A DNA stretch of 64,000 bases from Mustelus asterias. Lineage: Eukaryota. The first letter of the stretch is position 1, and each line of letters opens with the position of its first letter. Positions 25,050-37,179 of the stretch are shown one piece after another. Location: NCBI RefSeq assembly GCF_964213995.1, contig NC_135803.1, positions 14,322,001 to 14,386,000 of the forward strand, read 5' to 3'. The translations under genes were made by a program, and so were the position numbers. The notes beneath the pieces were generated by a model. That model saw only the letters and a program-made list of their open reading frames with translations, ran no database searches and had not been told where the DNA came from.

Positions 25050-26513
25050 GGGCCCTATTTTACCATTGCGTTGCGCCCGTTTTTGGGCGCGAAAATGTGG
25101 TAAAGTCGGGTGTGAGGCCATTAACGCGATCCGTGCCCGCGTCCGCACAGATTGTCACTTTACCAAAACCCGGGAATGGCGGTGGTCCGCTTCACGCCCA
25201 AAATGAGCACAACGACGATTTAAATGCATTTGCATGCATTTAAATTGAATTAATGAACTGCCCGCCCAACTCTATCAGCATTTCCCCCTTTACCACCACT
25301 TTTGCCGAACCGGAACCGCGCCATAATGGACCTGCTAAATAAAAGTCTGAATCGGGTGCTCCAGCTGCTGAAGAGTGCGTTCAGTGTTTCCAACGGCTCT
25401 CTGACTCAGATCAGTAGTGGGGGGACAGGTTGGGGGGGGACGTGGGTCAGATCATTCTCTGGTTGGGGGGTGGGGGAGGGGAGTGAGGCCAGATCGTTGT
25501 CTGGTTGGGGAGGGGGGAGGAGGAGGAGGTGGGTCAGGTGTTTCTCTGGCAGGGCGGGGGGGGGGGGAGAGGGCCGATCGTTGTCTGGTGGGGAGGGAGG
25601 AGGAGGCGGGTTCTCTGGGGGAGGGGGGAGGAGTGAGGCTAGATCGTTGTCTGGGGGTGGGGCTGGCGGGAGGAGGGGAGTGAGGCCAGACTATTCTCTG
25701 CGGCGCGGGGGGCGGGGGGGGGGGGGGGGGGGGGGGTGGGGGGGGGGGGGGGCTGAGTGAGGAAAGACCATTCTCTGGGGGGAGGAGTAAGGCTAGATCG
25801 TTGTCGGAGGGGGTGAGTGAGGCTAGATCGTTGGCGGGGGTGGGGAGGCCTGATCGCTCACTGGTGGGGGGGGGGGGGGGGAGCGCAGATGGATCTCTGG
25901 TGGGGGGGCAGGGGGCTCCGCTGCCACTCTGCGGGCGATTGGTGGGGGGGGGGGCAGAGGTGGCGATCGGTCTGGGTAGTGGGGGGTGGATAAGGGGGAC
26001 AGTGATGTGTGTGGGTAGTGGGGGGGTGGATAAGGAGGACAGTGATGTGTGTGGATAGTGGGGGGGGGATGTGTGTGGGTAGTGGGGGGATGGATAACGG
26101 GGACAGTGATGTGTGCGGGTAGTGGGGAGATGGATAAGGGGGACAGTGATGTGTATGGGTAGTGGGGGGGTGGATAAGGAGGACAGTGATGTGTGTGGGT
26201 AGTGCGGGGGTGGATAAGGGGAACAGTAATGTGTGTGGTGTCCATCGCTCCGGCTTTTCGCTCCCAGGCCGCTTTCTCCGCTTTCTGCGGCCCGGGAGCG
26301 ATCTGACACGGGCGCGCTTTTTCAAATTTTTTTCCAACTGCGCATGCGCAGTTCAGAGCTCCGATCGTTCCGGCCACGCTAAGCCCCGCCCACAGCGCGA
26401 ATGGGACGGGAGATGACTGAGTGTGTATGGGGGTGCCTGAAAGCAGATTTCTAATTCGGATCTGCATTACACCCAGATTCAGCACTTAGAATGAAAATGG
26501 CAAAATCAGGCCC
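25050..26513. mobile_element. Non-autonomous PIF/Harbinger-type transposon with G-rich tandem-repeat interior
   Basis: TIRs GGGCCCTATTTT / AAAATCAGGCCC, 3-bp TSD AAA (25047-25049 and 26514-26516); removing it restores the CR1 sequence. Confidence 0.87.
25417..26238. repeat. G-rich minisatellites and poly-G
   Basis: gtgaggccagatcgttgtctgg(G)n units at 25417-25975; ~39-bp gtagtggggggtggataagggggacagtgatgtgtgtgg units at 25976-26238; G run ~25714-25752. Confidence 0.9.
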
Positions 26514-27047
26514 AAAGGGTTGTGAATCTGTGGAATTCCCTGCCCAGTGAAGCAGTTGAGGCTACCTCATTGAATGTTATTAAGGCGAAGATAGATAATT
26601 TTTTGAACAGTAAAGGAATTAAGGGTTATGGTGAGTGGGCGGGTAAGTGGAGCTGAGTCCACAAAAAGATCAGCCATGATCTTATTGAATGGCGGAGGAG
26701 GCTCGAAGGGCCAGATGGCCTACTCCTGCTCCTAGTTCTTATGTTCTTATAACATCGCTACTATTATATTCAATTCTCTTTGCAATTAATTATAATGTTC
26801 CATTAGCTTTCCTAATTACTTGCTGTACCTGCATCTTAGTCTTTGATGATTCATGCACTCAGACACCTGGATCCCTCCACAACTCAATGATCTCACCAAT
26901 GCCTGTATAACTGAAGCATAACCTCCCCTACTGTAGCGCTAATCCCTATAGCACACCACTCGCTACATCTTGCCAACCAAAAAATGACTCATTTATGCCT
27001 TCTCTGTTTCCTGTTAGCTCGGCATTCTCCTATCTACGCCAATATGT

Positions 27048-27337
27048 TTAAAGTTTATTTATTATTGTCACAAGTAAGCTTACATTAACACCGCAATGAA
27101 GTTACTGTGACAATCCCCTCGTCGTCACCCACCAGCGCCCATCCGGGTACACTGAGGAAGAGTTTAACATGGCCAATGCTCCTCACCAGCACATCTTTCG
27201 GACTGTGGGAGGAAACCCACACAGACACGGGGAGAATGTGCATTCTCCTCACAGACAGTGACCCAAGCCAGGAATTGAACCCCGGCCCCTGGCGCTGTGA
27301 GATAGCAGTGCTAACCACTGTGCCACCGTGCCACCCA
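27048..27337 (-). mobile_element. SINE type B
   Basis: Head, V-domain with internal deletion, B tail. Confidence 0.88.
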
Positions 27338-28369
27338 CCTACACCATGAGTGTTTACTTTTCACTATAACCTTTCATGAGGAACCTTATCAGCTGTCTTC
27401 TGAAATTCTAAGTACAGTACATCCACTGGTTCCCCTTTATCTACAATACATGTTACTTCTTCAAAGAACAGCAGTACATTGTTTGTTCCTTTGCACAAAA
27501 CCATGTTAACTCTGTCTGGTTATCTTGAATTTGTCTAAGCGCCCTGTTATAATTCCTCTGATAATTGCTTTTTACATTGCCCCCAAGACAGATGCAAACA
27601 GGCCATTAGTTTGCTGCTTTCTGTCTCCCTTACATTTTGAATAAACATTAGCTATTATCCAATCTAATGGAAACTTGCTTCCCAATGCTAATAACTTTTG
27701 GAAAATTAAAACCAACGCAGCAATCATCTCATTAGCCACAGTGGCTAGCAACTAGCCACTAGTGTTAGAGAAATATAGCAACAGGCAGCCATAGCAGTGG
27801 CCTTTAACAGAGGCTGAATCCTCACGCATCACCTTATAAAATCACTGACTGTGGTGCTCACAAATGTTTGGCAATAATGGAAAAATCTCATGCCTCATTA
27901 TCTCTGAAAAGATGCCAATGGCCCTGTGGATTGCCAAAACCAAACTAGGGAATGATACAAAGGACATCTACATTTCAAATGCCCGGTCTGGCCACTGGGT
28001 CTACCAGTCTGCTAGGAATAAGAACCCTGTGACTTTCCTTTCAAATTCTCAATGGTCAGAACATTAACAATCTTAGGAACCCAGATGAAGGAATATACAC
28101 CTGTTGTCAAAACTAAAGTGGAGAGATGGGAGTGATGTTACATGAACATCTGTCCACCCCTCCTCCCCCCCCCCCCAACCAAATGGAAGAACTAGTTGTT
28201 ATACTGCCTAGTTGTACTGCACATCAATCTGCCAGCTTCCATCAATCAAACAGCATCTCAGAAAAGGGTCTCTGTCCAGCTTTGAATGCCTGGTCCTCAC
28301 CTATACTGTTTCTCCTGGAACTTCTGAACTTGTATAACATTGCCTGCAAGATTCATTCATCTCTGTGTT

Positions 28370-28648
28370 TCAAAGTTTATTTATTAGTCACAAGTAAGGC
28401 TTTACATTAACACTGCAATGAAGTTACTGTGAAATTTCCCTAGTCGCCACACTCAGGTGCCTGTTCAGGTCAATGCACCTAACCAGCGTGTCTTTCGGAC
28501 TATGGATGGAAACCGGAGCACCCTGAGGAAACCCACGCAGACACGGGGAGAATGTGCAGACTCCGCACAGACAAGTGACCCAAGCCAGGAATCGAACCCA
28601 GGTCCCTGGTGCTGTGAGGCAGCAGTGCTCACCACTGTGCCACCGTGT
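28370..28648 (-). mobile_element. SINE type B
   Basis: Head, V-domain, B tail. Confidence 0.9.
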
Positions 28649-28969
28649 ACCTATCTGATTGTGGAAGTCACCTATACTGGGGAAGTGAATTATCCAGCAT
28701 GAGTTCAGCCTCCCGAACTCTGTGAAGGAATTCATCATTGGATGTTTGATGCTGGGCTCTTGTGAAACAATAATTCTTTGCCCTCAAACCTTTTTCCATC
28801 ATTCCTCCATTCCTGTATGAATGCACAAAGGGATGCATAGTGACTCTCCCTCCTGCATTTTGCGAAACAACCAAACCTCTTGAATTTACCCCACACCAAA
28901 AGTCAGGGATTGGGAAATATGACACCATTTATAAAAGAGAAAATCAAAATCAAAATGGCTTTCTGTTTA

Positions 28970-29085
28970 GAATCATAGAATCCTACAGTGCAGAAGGAGG
29001 CCATTCGGCCCATTGTGTATGCACCAACCACAATCCCACCCAGGCCCAATCCCCATATCCCCATGCATTTACCCTAGCTAGTCCC
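28970..29085 (-). mobile_element. SINE type A / CR1 3' tail fragment
   Basis: agaatcatagaatcctacagtgcagaaggaggccattcggccc. Confidence 0.8.
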
Positions 29086-29751
29086 AATCAGACAGTGAGA
29101 GGAGAAATGGGGGCTGTTTATATTAAACCCTCCTCCTGTCGGTAACACTTCAATAATTTGAATGAGAGACTTTGTTAATCTCTGGAGAATGAAAGACATC
29201 GTTTTAGGTCTATATGTTCTATTAAGTGATCAGAAAATTGGGGGGGGGAGGGAGGGCCAAATACAGCAATGGTCAGGAAAATGATTGTGGGCTGGTGGAG
29301 TTTCCCTTCCCACACGAGGCCAGAACAGGGATATTTTTTGAGCTTCCATGCTGCCCCCGAACTTGTCCTGCAGCAGTTTAAAATAAGTAGATCGTCTTCA
29401 GATTAAAACAGGAAGGAGTTCTTATTTTAGAAAATGATCCGGCATCAAGAGGGCACAATGACCTACTCCCCAAACAACATGTCAGCAATTTTGAATGTGA
29501 AACGAGAATTGAAATGTTCCAACTTGCGTTCAAGCATTGTGACGTGATCATTGGATCAGATAGGAAGAAACAAATCTAATGCGGTCAAATCTTTCAGTCT
29601 CTTAGAATACGATGATGTAAACATCGTTTAAAAGGAAGGGGTTGCTATTTGTAAGGGCCTGGGTTAAAATTAGGCTGAGCAAAGTACCACCCACACAGTG
29701 ATGCAAGCACGTGGCCCAGACCCGGCGGGGAGTCAGTGTGGTGTGGAGCAG

Positions 29752-30010
29752 AGGCAGCAGAGGGGCACAGTGGTTAGCACTTACAGTGCAGAGTCTGCAC
29801 GTTCTCCCCGTGTCTGCGTGGGTTTCCTCCGGGTGCTCCGGTTTCCTCCCACAGTCAGAAAGACGTGCTGGTTAGGTGCATTGGCCATGCTAAATTCTCC
29901 CTCAGTGTACCCGAACAGGCGCCGGAGTGTGGCCACTAGGGGATTTTCACAGTAACTTCAATGCACTGTTAATGTAAGCCTACTTGTGACTCATAAATAA
30001 ATTTTAACTT
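29752..30010 (+). mobile_element. SINE type B, internally deleted, inside an older LTR-like segment (~29650-30150)
   Basis: Head joined directly to the V-domain; flanking host sequence resembles 5960-6200. Confidence 0.8.
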
Positions 30011-31082
30011 GTAGATGTGAAAAGCCAAATGCATGCAGATAGCTCCTAGCTTGTAGCTTTGTTGTTCCTGTGTAAATAGTTTTACCTGTTAATAAAGACT
30101 TACAGTTAACTCAGTGAAGACCACAAAAACTTCTTTAAGACTTATTGTTCTGCAACCAACAGTCTTCCAGCATGGTGGCAGTTGGGGTCAAAAAACTTCA
30201 ACATCACTAAAATGCTGAAACACTCCAAGACAATGGAGATGAAAAAAAAGTCAACAAAAAACCGACCCGAGAGGAGCTCCCAACAGAAACTGAAGGTGCA
30301 GAGAAAATTCGCCAGATGATGTTCCAGAGAAAAGGCTTGGAAGCTAAAGGCAGAAATGTTGACTGCAACAGAAGACTCCATTGAATAGCTCATGGACGTC
30401 CAGCTTCAGAGCCCAGAGGCCATAGAGGTTGCAAGGGTGACCTAAATCTTTTAAATTTCCAGGCTACATTCAGCCCTGAGAACCCCTCCCCAGTTCCGTG
30501 TCAAAGGTGCCATTGAAGGAAAGCCAGTCGCTGAAGACCAATTCCCCAGTCGGACCTCCAGCTTGTGGTCTCTGAATATTGTAACATAAGAAAAAAATAA
30601 ATAATTGTCAAAAGCTCTTGGGAACCTCGCAACTGTTCAGCTCAGAAAATGGCAGGCGTAACTATGAATTTGAATGCCTCGTTATTCCTCATAGCAAACC
30701 ACAGAAGAAAAGAACTCTTACACAGTCAATCTCATGGATCACAATTCAGCAGTTCCAACTCAGTTTGGACTAAAACAAGACCCAGACCAGTCACCAAATT
30801 GGAGTCATTGGAAGAAACTGGAACACTACCTGTGACAAATAAATAAGCTTTGACTTTAAAAGACTTTTAAGATGTAGCACAGTTTCTGGCTTAAATAAAA
30901 AGCCAGAAGAAGCGCAGGGGAACATGCTCCTTTACTCTAAAGCCCAATTGCAGATGCTATCATTTCCTAGGCTCCAAATACAGAAGTTAGTTACGAAGCT
31001 CTTCACATAACTGGTCCAGCTAAAAATGTGTACAGGATTATGCTGAGAGACAATGCTGAACTAGTATACCTTTATAATACAT

Positions 31083-31397
31083 TAAAGTTAAAGTTTAAGT
31101 CTATTTATTAGTCACAAGTAGGCTTACATTAACGCTGCAATGAAGTTACTGTGAAAATCCCCTTGTCACCACATTCTGGCACCTGTTCGGGTACACTGAG
31201 GGAGAATTTAGCATGGCCAATGCACCAAACCAGCACGTCTTTCGAACGTGGGAGGAAACCGGAGCACCCGGAGGAAACCCACGCAGACACGGGGAGAACG
31301 TGCAAACTCCACACAGACAGTGATCCAAGCCAGGAATCGAACCTGGGTCCCTGGCGCTGTGAGGCAGCAATGTTAACCACTGTGCCACCGTGCTGCT
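31083..31397 (-). mobile_element. SINE type B
   Basis: Full head, V-domain and B tail. Confidence 0.9.
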
Positions 31398-31831
31398 CTA
31401 CACGCGCACACAGACACACATGCCTGCATAGACACTCATGCGCACACAAACAGATACACATGCCCACACTCCCGCACACTACAAAATCATAAAATGCATA
31501 GTTGGATCTTTAAATTAGCTGTCTTTTTAGCTGTTCGACATCACTGTTACTGAAGGTCACGCGGTTGGCCTGAGCTTCTTCATATCACAACTTACTAATT
31601 CTGGTTCAGGAAAATGCTGAACACTGCAAATTGACCACGGTCATGAGGAGAAAACAGACATTTAATGCACACAAGTTCAGTCCAGTATCGCTGCAAAAAA
31701 CTCTCGCTCTGACAGACACAGAGTAAATACCACATCAAGAACATCCATTCAAGTAGGTAATTTTTCTTTTGTCTTTGTGGGATTTTATATATTGTGACCA
31801 TCCTGTTGAGACGGGTTTTTGCATCAGAACT

Positions 31832-32030
31832 TAGAGTCATTGAGTCACAGAGGTTTACAGCATGGAAACAGGCTCTTCGGCCCAACTTGTCCATGCCACC
31901 CCTTTTTTTAACCACTAATTTAGTCCCAATTGCCCGCGTTTGGCCCATATCGCTCTATACTCATCTTAGCCATGTAACTGTCTAAACGCTTTTTAAAAGA
32001 CAAAATTGTACCCGCCTCTACTACTACCTC
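31832..32030 (-). mobile_element. CR1 3' fragment (left part of an element split by an inversion)
   Basis: Same family as 37180-37480; its continuation lies inverted at 33152-33229. Confidence 0.85.
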
Positions 32031-32529
32031 TATTAGCTAGATTCATAACTAAAAAGTTGAGAGAGAAAGATGGAAGTTGAAAAGTTTCTGTTTTGGTGGC
32101 AGTGATTTCACACAATTCCCTTTAAAACTGTGGCACAAAACAAAGTTTCTTTCTTAAAATATCTTTTCCAAGTTTTGTAGAAGAGTGATTGAGATCCGAA
32201 ATGTTAACTCTCTCTCCACAGAAGCTGCCAGACCTGCTGGGTTTATGCAGCATTTTCTGTTTCTATTTTCCAAAACCGACTTCTGTTCAAACAAAAGTCA
32301 GAATTTGCATTGAGCCTTTGCCTTTCATTTCTAACCCATGAGTAAAAAAAAAAATCACCCGACATTATATGCTTAACTTTCTGGAGTTGGACTTGTGCTG
32401 TGTAGAGACCTCCCGCCTCTAATGCGAGGGCGCTACCACTATACCAAGGTGGACTTCTTGTTGCTACAGAACTAAGTAATCATCGATTTCTCCACCTCAG
32501 AGGGAAGATTTTTTTAATGGCAAATTTAT

Positions 32530-32872
32530 GGGCAGCACGGTAGCACAGTGGTTAGCACTGCTGCTTCACAGCTCCAGGGTCCCGGGTTCGATTCCCGGCT
32601 CGGGTCACTGTCTGTGTGGAGTTTGCACATTCTCCTCGTGTCTGCGTGGGTTTCCTCCGGGTGCTCTGGTTTCCTCCCACAGTCCAAAGATGTGCGGGTT
32701 AGGTTGATTGGCCAGGTTAAAAAAATTGCCCCTTAGAGGCCTGGGATGCGTAGGTTAGAGGGATTAGTGGGTAAAATATGTGGGGGTAGGGCCTGGGTGG
32801 GATTGCGGTCGGTGCAGACTCGATGGGCCGAATGGCCTCCTTCTGCACTGTGGGGTTTCTATGGTTTCTATG
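32530..32872 (+). mobile_element. SINE type A (young)
   Basis: Full length, CpG-rich, tail ttctatggtttctatg. Confidence 0.93.
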
Positions 32873-33320
32873 GCAAAGATCTAACACGATTCCAAACCTG
32901 TTTAAGAGAGTTAATCTACGCTGAGACTTCCCTCACAATGTTTAAACAGTAACAAACCTAAATGCCTGAGAGACAATAAAACCGAGTGTACTGATCACTG
33001 ACGTGGTTAGGTTGATTGGCTGTGTGCACATCTTTGAGTTCGCTTCTTGTTTTGATTTAGTTCAACACATCTGATTTAATGTTCTCAAAACTATCCTCCA
33101 AAGCAAAGAAAAGCCCGAATGCGAAACATTTTCTGGAGATGCAGAAATCAAGTTTTAAGGTGAGAGGGGAAAGATACAAAAGGGTCCAGAGGGGCAATTT
33201 TTTCACACAGAGGGTAGTGAGTGCCTGGAAAATCGGGTGTTTTTTTTTACTCATGGGTTAGAAATGAAAGGCAAAAGCTCAATGCAAATTCTGACTTTTG
33301 TTTGAACAGAAGTCGGTTTT

Positions 33321-33650
33321 GGGCGGCACGGTAGCACAGTGGTTAGCACTGCTGCTTCACAGCTCCAGGGTCCCGGGTTCGATTCCCGGCTCGGGTCACT
33401 GTCTGTGTGGAGTTTGCACATTCTCCTCGTGTCTGCGTGGGTTTCCTCCGGGTGCTCCGGTTTCCTCCCACAGTCCAAAGATGTGCGGGTTAGGTTGATT
33501 GGCCAGGTTAAAAATTGCCCCTTAGAGTCCTGGGATGCGTGGATTAGCGGGTAAATATGTGGGGGTAGGGCCTGGGTGGGACTGTGGTCGGTGCAGACTC
33601 GATGGGCCGAATGGCCTCCTTCTGCACTGTAGGGTTTCTATGATTCTATG
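33321..33650 (+). mobile_element. SINE type A (young)
   Basis: Full length; absent from the duplicated arm at 32036-32362. Confidence 0.93.
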
Positions 33651-34284
33651 AAATAGAAACAGAAAATGCTGCATAAACCCAGCAGGTCTGGCAGCTTCTT
33701 TCTACAAAACTTGGAAAAGATATTTTAAGAAAGAAGCTTTGTGCCACAATTTTAAAGGGAATTGTGTGAAATCACTGCCACCAAAACAGAAACCTTTCAA
33801 CTTCCATCTTTCTTAACCTTTCAGTTATGAATCTAGCATTCAGTACGAGAACCAATGACCAGATCTGGAGGAATACACTCACACAGAATTGGAAGAATCT
33901 GTTGCGTAAGTCCCTTCCTCAGTTTGGACATCGGTCTGGCTGTGTCACACACATCCTGAAAGTAATGAATACCTTATACGGTCACATTGCTGCAAAATGC
34001 TTATATTAATCGCAGACAAATATAACAGCAGATAACAGGGAGGAAAAGAGAATGGGCTGGGGAAAAAAACTCCCATTTTATCAGTGCCTTAAAATTCAAT
34101 CGTATTTAGGTGTAAGTCCTCCGTTCAACGTAGAAAAGAAACAGTTTCTGTTAGAAGCTAGACTAATCTAAAAGGGGGAAGAACAGATGATGCCCAAAGA
34201 TAGTCATTTAAAGCTTTGTTTGAAACGTGCAATATTTGAGGACTTTTTTGAAACATAAAGACCAGCAGATAACAGGAATTTCTT

Positions 34285-34595
34285 TTTATTCGTTCAAGGG
34301 ATGTGGGTGTCACTGGCTGGACCAGCATTTATTGCCCTTCCCTAACTGAGCTCCATTTCAGAGGGCAGTTCAGAGTAAACCACAGTTTTGTGGATCTGGA
34401 GTTACATGAAGGACAGACCAGGAAAGGAGGGCAGGCTTCCTTCTAAAGGACATGAGTGAACCAGATGGGTTTGTACGGCAATCAACAATGTTCAGAATTA
34501 GACTTGCAATTGGATTAAAATTTCACCATCTGCCAAGGTGGGATTTGATCCTGGATCCCCAGATCTTGCCCAATGATAATACCACTCTACCACTG
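34285..34595 (-). mobile_element. SINE type C
   Basis: Same position in the intron as 13400-13735. Confidence 0.7.
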
Positions 34596-35039
34596 CACAT
34601 CATAAACTGATAATCCATGTCAATAGAGGTTCCTTCATTCAATTTGTGACATTTATTGATGCAAAATTAATAATAATAATGAATAATTGACACATTTCCC
34701 AGAATCTAAAACATTCTCATTAATAGGTCGAAAGCAACCTTTTGGAATCTGGAAGTCCCATAGCTATCAAGTTATTCCTCAGCCTTTTCTTTCCCAGTGC
34801 AAAGTACTCCAGCCTCTTCAACCTTTCCTGATAATTATATCCTCTTAGTTCTGCTACCATCTTTCTGAAGCTTTTCTGTACCTGCTCTGATCATTGTTAT
34901 CACAAGGAGACCAGAACTCCAAACACACACACACACGCTTAAAATAATCTCGCGCCCACAGAATTTTGAAAAAATTTACTTCAGTGCAATAGGAGTTTCA
35001 ATAAATTGATAACTATCAATAATAATTAATAATTAAAAA

Positions 35040-37178
35040 TAAGGCAGGATCTGGCCAAGATAGACTGGTAACAGCTACTAATGTGAAAATCCACAGAAGA
35101 GCAGTGGGGGGGGACATTCAAAAAGGAAAAATGGGAAGGGTGCAAGCCCAGCATGTTCCCTCTCGGGTGATAGGTAGGAATAACAAGCCCAGAGAACCAT
35201 GGATGACCAGAGATATTCAGGATACAATGAGAAGGAAAAGAGGGGCTTTTAAAAAGTACAAGGGGAGCAAATCAGTGGAGGCATTAGTGAGGTATGGGAA
35301 GTGCAGGGTGGAGCTTAAGAAAGCAATTAGGAATGCAAAGAGTGGATATGAGAAAGCTCTGACTGGTAAGACTGGGAAAATCCCAAGATATTCTACAAGT
35401 ATATCAATGGGAAGAGGATAGCTAGGGACAAAGGGGGACAAACTGTGGGTGGAGCCAGAGGACATTGGTAGAGTGTTGAATGAATATTTCACATCCATCT
35501 CCAACTAAGAGAATGAGGACGATGGTATGGAATTCAGGGACAGAGACTGAGGGTCTTGAGCAAATTGACATAAGGGAGGACAAGGCATTGGAGATGATGG
35601 CAGCCTTAAAGGTGGATAAATCTCCAGGTCCAGATTAATTGTGTCCTCGGCTGCTGTGGGAAGCAAGGGAGGAGTTTGCAGGGGCTTTTCAACTCCTCTC
35701 TGGCCATGGGGTACGTGCCAGATGACTGGAGAACAGCTAATGTGGTTCCGCTATTTAAGAAGGGTTGTAGAGATAAACCAGGGAACTGCAGACCAGTGAA
35801 TCTCATGTCAGTGGTAGGGAAACTATGAGAGAAACTTCTGAAGGAGAGCATCTATCTCCACTTAGAGAGGCAAAGCTTGATTAGGGATAGTCAGCATGGC
35901 TTCATCAGAGGGAGGTCATGCCTAACAAATTTGATTGAATCTTTTGACAAGGTGACTAGGTCTGTAGACGAGGGTCAATCTAGTTTATATGGATTTCAGC
36001 AAAGCCTCTGACGAGGTCCCACATGGGAGACTTGTAAAGAAGGTAAATTCACATGGGATACAGGGTAATTTGATGAACTGGATTCAAAATTGGCTCAGTT
36101 GTAGGAAAGAGGGTGATAACAGAAGGCTACTTCAGTGACTGGAAGTCAGTGTCCAGTGATGTACCATAGGGATCTGTGTCGGACCTCCTATGGAATTTAA
36201 TCCTGAGAAGTGAGAGGTGATACAATTTGGAAGAAGTAGAATTCCCTGCTCAGCGAAGCAATTGAGGCTACCTCATTGAATGTTTTTAAGGCAAGGATAG
36301 ATAAATTTTTGAACAGTAAAAGAATTAAGGGTTATGGTGAGCAGGCGGGTAAGTGGAGCTGAGTCCACGCAAAGATCAGCCATGATCTTATTGAATGGCG
36401 GAGCAGACTCGAGAGGCCAGATGGCCTACTCCTGCTCCTAGTTCTTATGTTCTTACGTTCTTATGTTTGACCAGGAAGTACTCAATGAATGGTAGGACAC
36501 TAGGAAGTTCTGTGGAACAAAGCAACCTTGGCGTGTTTGTCCACAGATCTCTGAAAGTGGAAGGACATGTTAGTCGGGTGGTGAAAAAGGCATATGTGAG
36601 ACGAGCCTTTATCAGTCGAGGCATAGATTACAAAAGCAGGGAAGTCATGTTGGCGTTGCATAGAACTTTGATGAGGCCACAGCGAGAGTATTCTGTGCAA
36701 TTCTGGTCACCACATTATCGGGAGGATGAGATTGCACTGGAGGGGGTGCAGAGGAGATTCACCAGAATGTTGCCTGGGATGGAACAATTAAGTCATGAAG
36801 AGAGGTTGCGTAACCTTGGTTTGTTTTCATTGAAGCAGAGAAGATTGAGAGGCAACCTGATAGAGATGTACGAGATTATGAGGGGCATGGACAGAGTGGA
36901 TGAGGAGCAGCTGTTCCCCTTAGTTGAAGGGTCAGTCATGAGGGGACATAGGTTCATGGCGAGGGGAGGGTGTTAAGGGGGAGTGTGAGTATAAAGGGTT
37001 TTACCCAGAGGGTGGTGACAGTCTGGAGTGTGCTGCCTGGGAGAGTGGAAGAGGCAGGTTGCCTCACATCCTTTTAAAAGGTATCTGGATGAGCACTTGG
37101 CACGTCATAACTTTCAGGGCTATGGACCGAGTGCTGGCAGATGGGATTTGCTGGGAGTTCAGGTGTTTCTAATGTGTC
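35040..37178 (+). mobile_element. Degraded CR1 LINE containing a second CR1 3' end (~36240-36462)
   Basis: PWMTRDI, KSPGPD, tether/RT segments, VQFWSPHY, RRLRGNLIEMY. Confidence 0.88.
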
Positions 37179-37179
37179 G

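Larger units (their letters stand above)
22987..26749 (+). mobile_element. 5'-truncated CR1 LINE with two nested insertions
   Basis: VPADWKTANV, NYRPVRLTS, DFQKAFDKVPH, GVPQGSVLGP, LEYCVQFWSP; tail ttcttatgttcttat at ~26736-26749. Confidence 0.93.
22395..27730 (-). mobile_element. Old CR1 LINE, split by a younger nested CR1 and a SINE
   Basis: 3' end at ~22395-22985; reverse-strand RT sequence resumes at ~26750 and runs to ~27730. Confidence 0.7.
31595..34736 (+). pseudogene. Orphan P2Y14-like 5' unit (copy D): promoter, exon 1 and partial intron, no coding exon
   Basis: Colinear with 12065-13900 apart from an internal inversion; donor CAA|GTAGGT at 31752/31753; at ~34750 the sequence switches to a match of 11303-11480. 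Confidence 0.75.

Noticed and set aside
25976-26238. Regularly spaced repeats superficially like a CRISPR array
   Set aside because: Head-to-tail minisatellite with no unique spacers, in a vertebrate genome with no cas genes
25302-26485. Long Gly-rich and Pro/His-rich ORFs (up to 285 aa)
   Set aside because: Stop-poor frames produced by G-rich minisatellites inside a MITE; open in several frames on both strands
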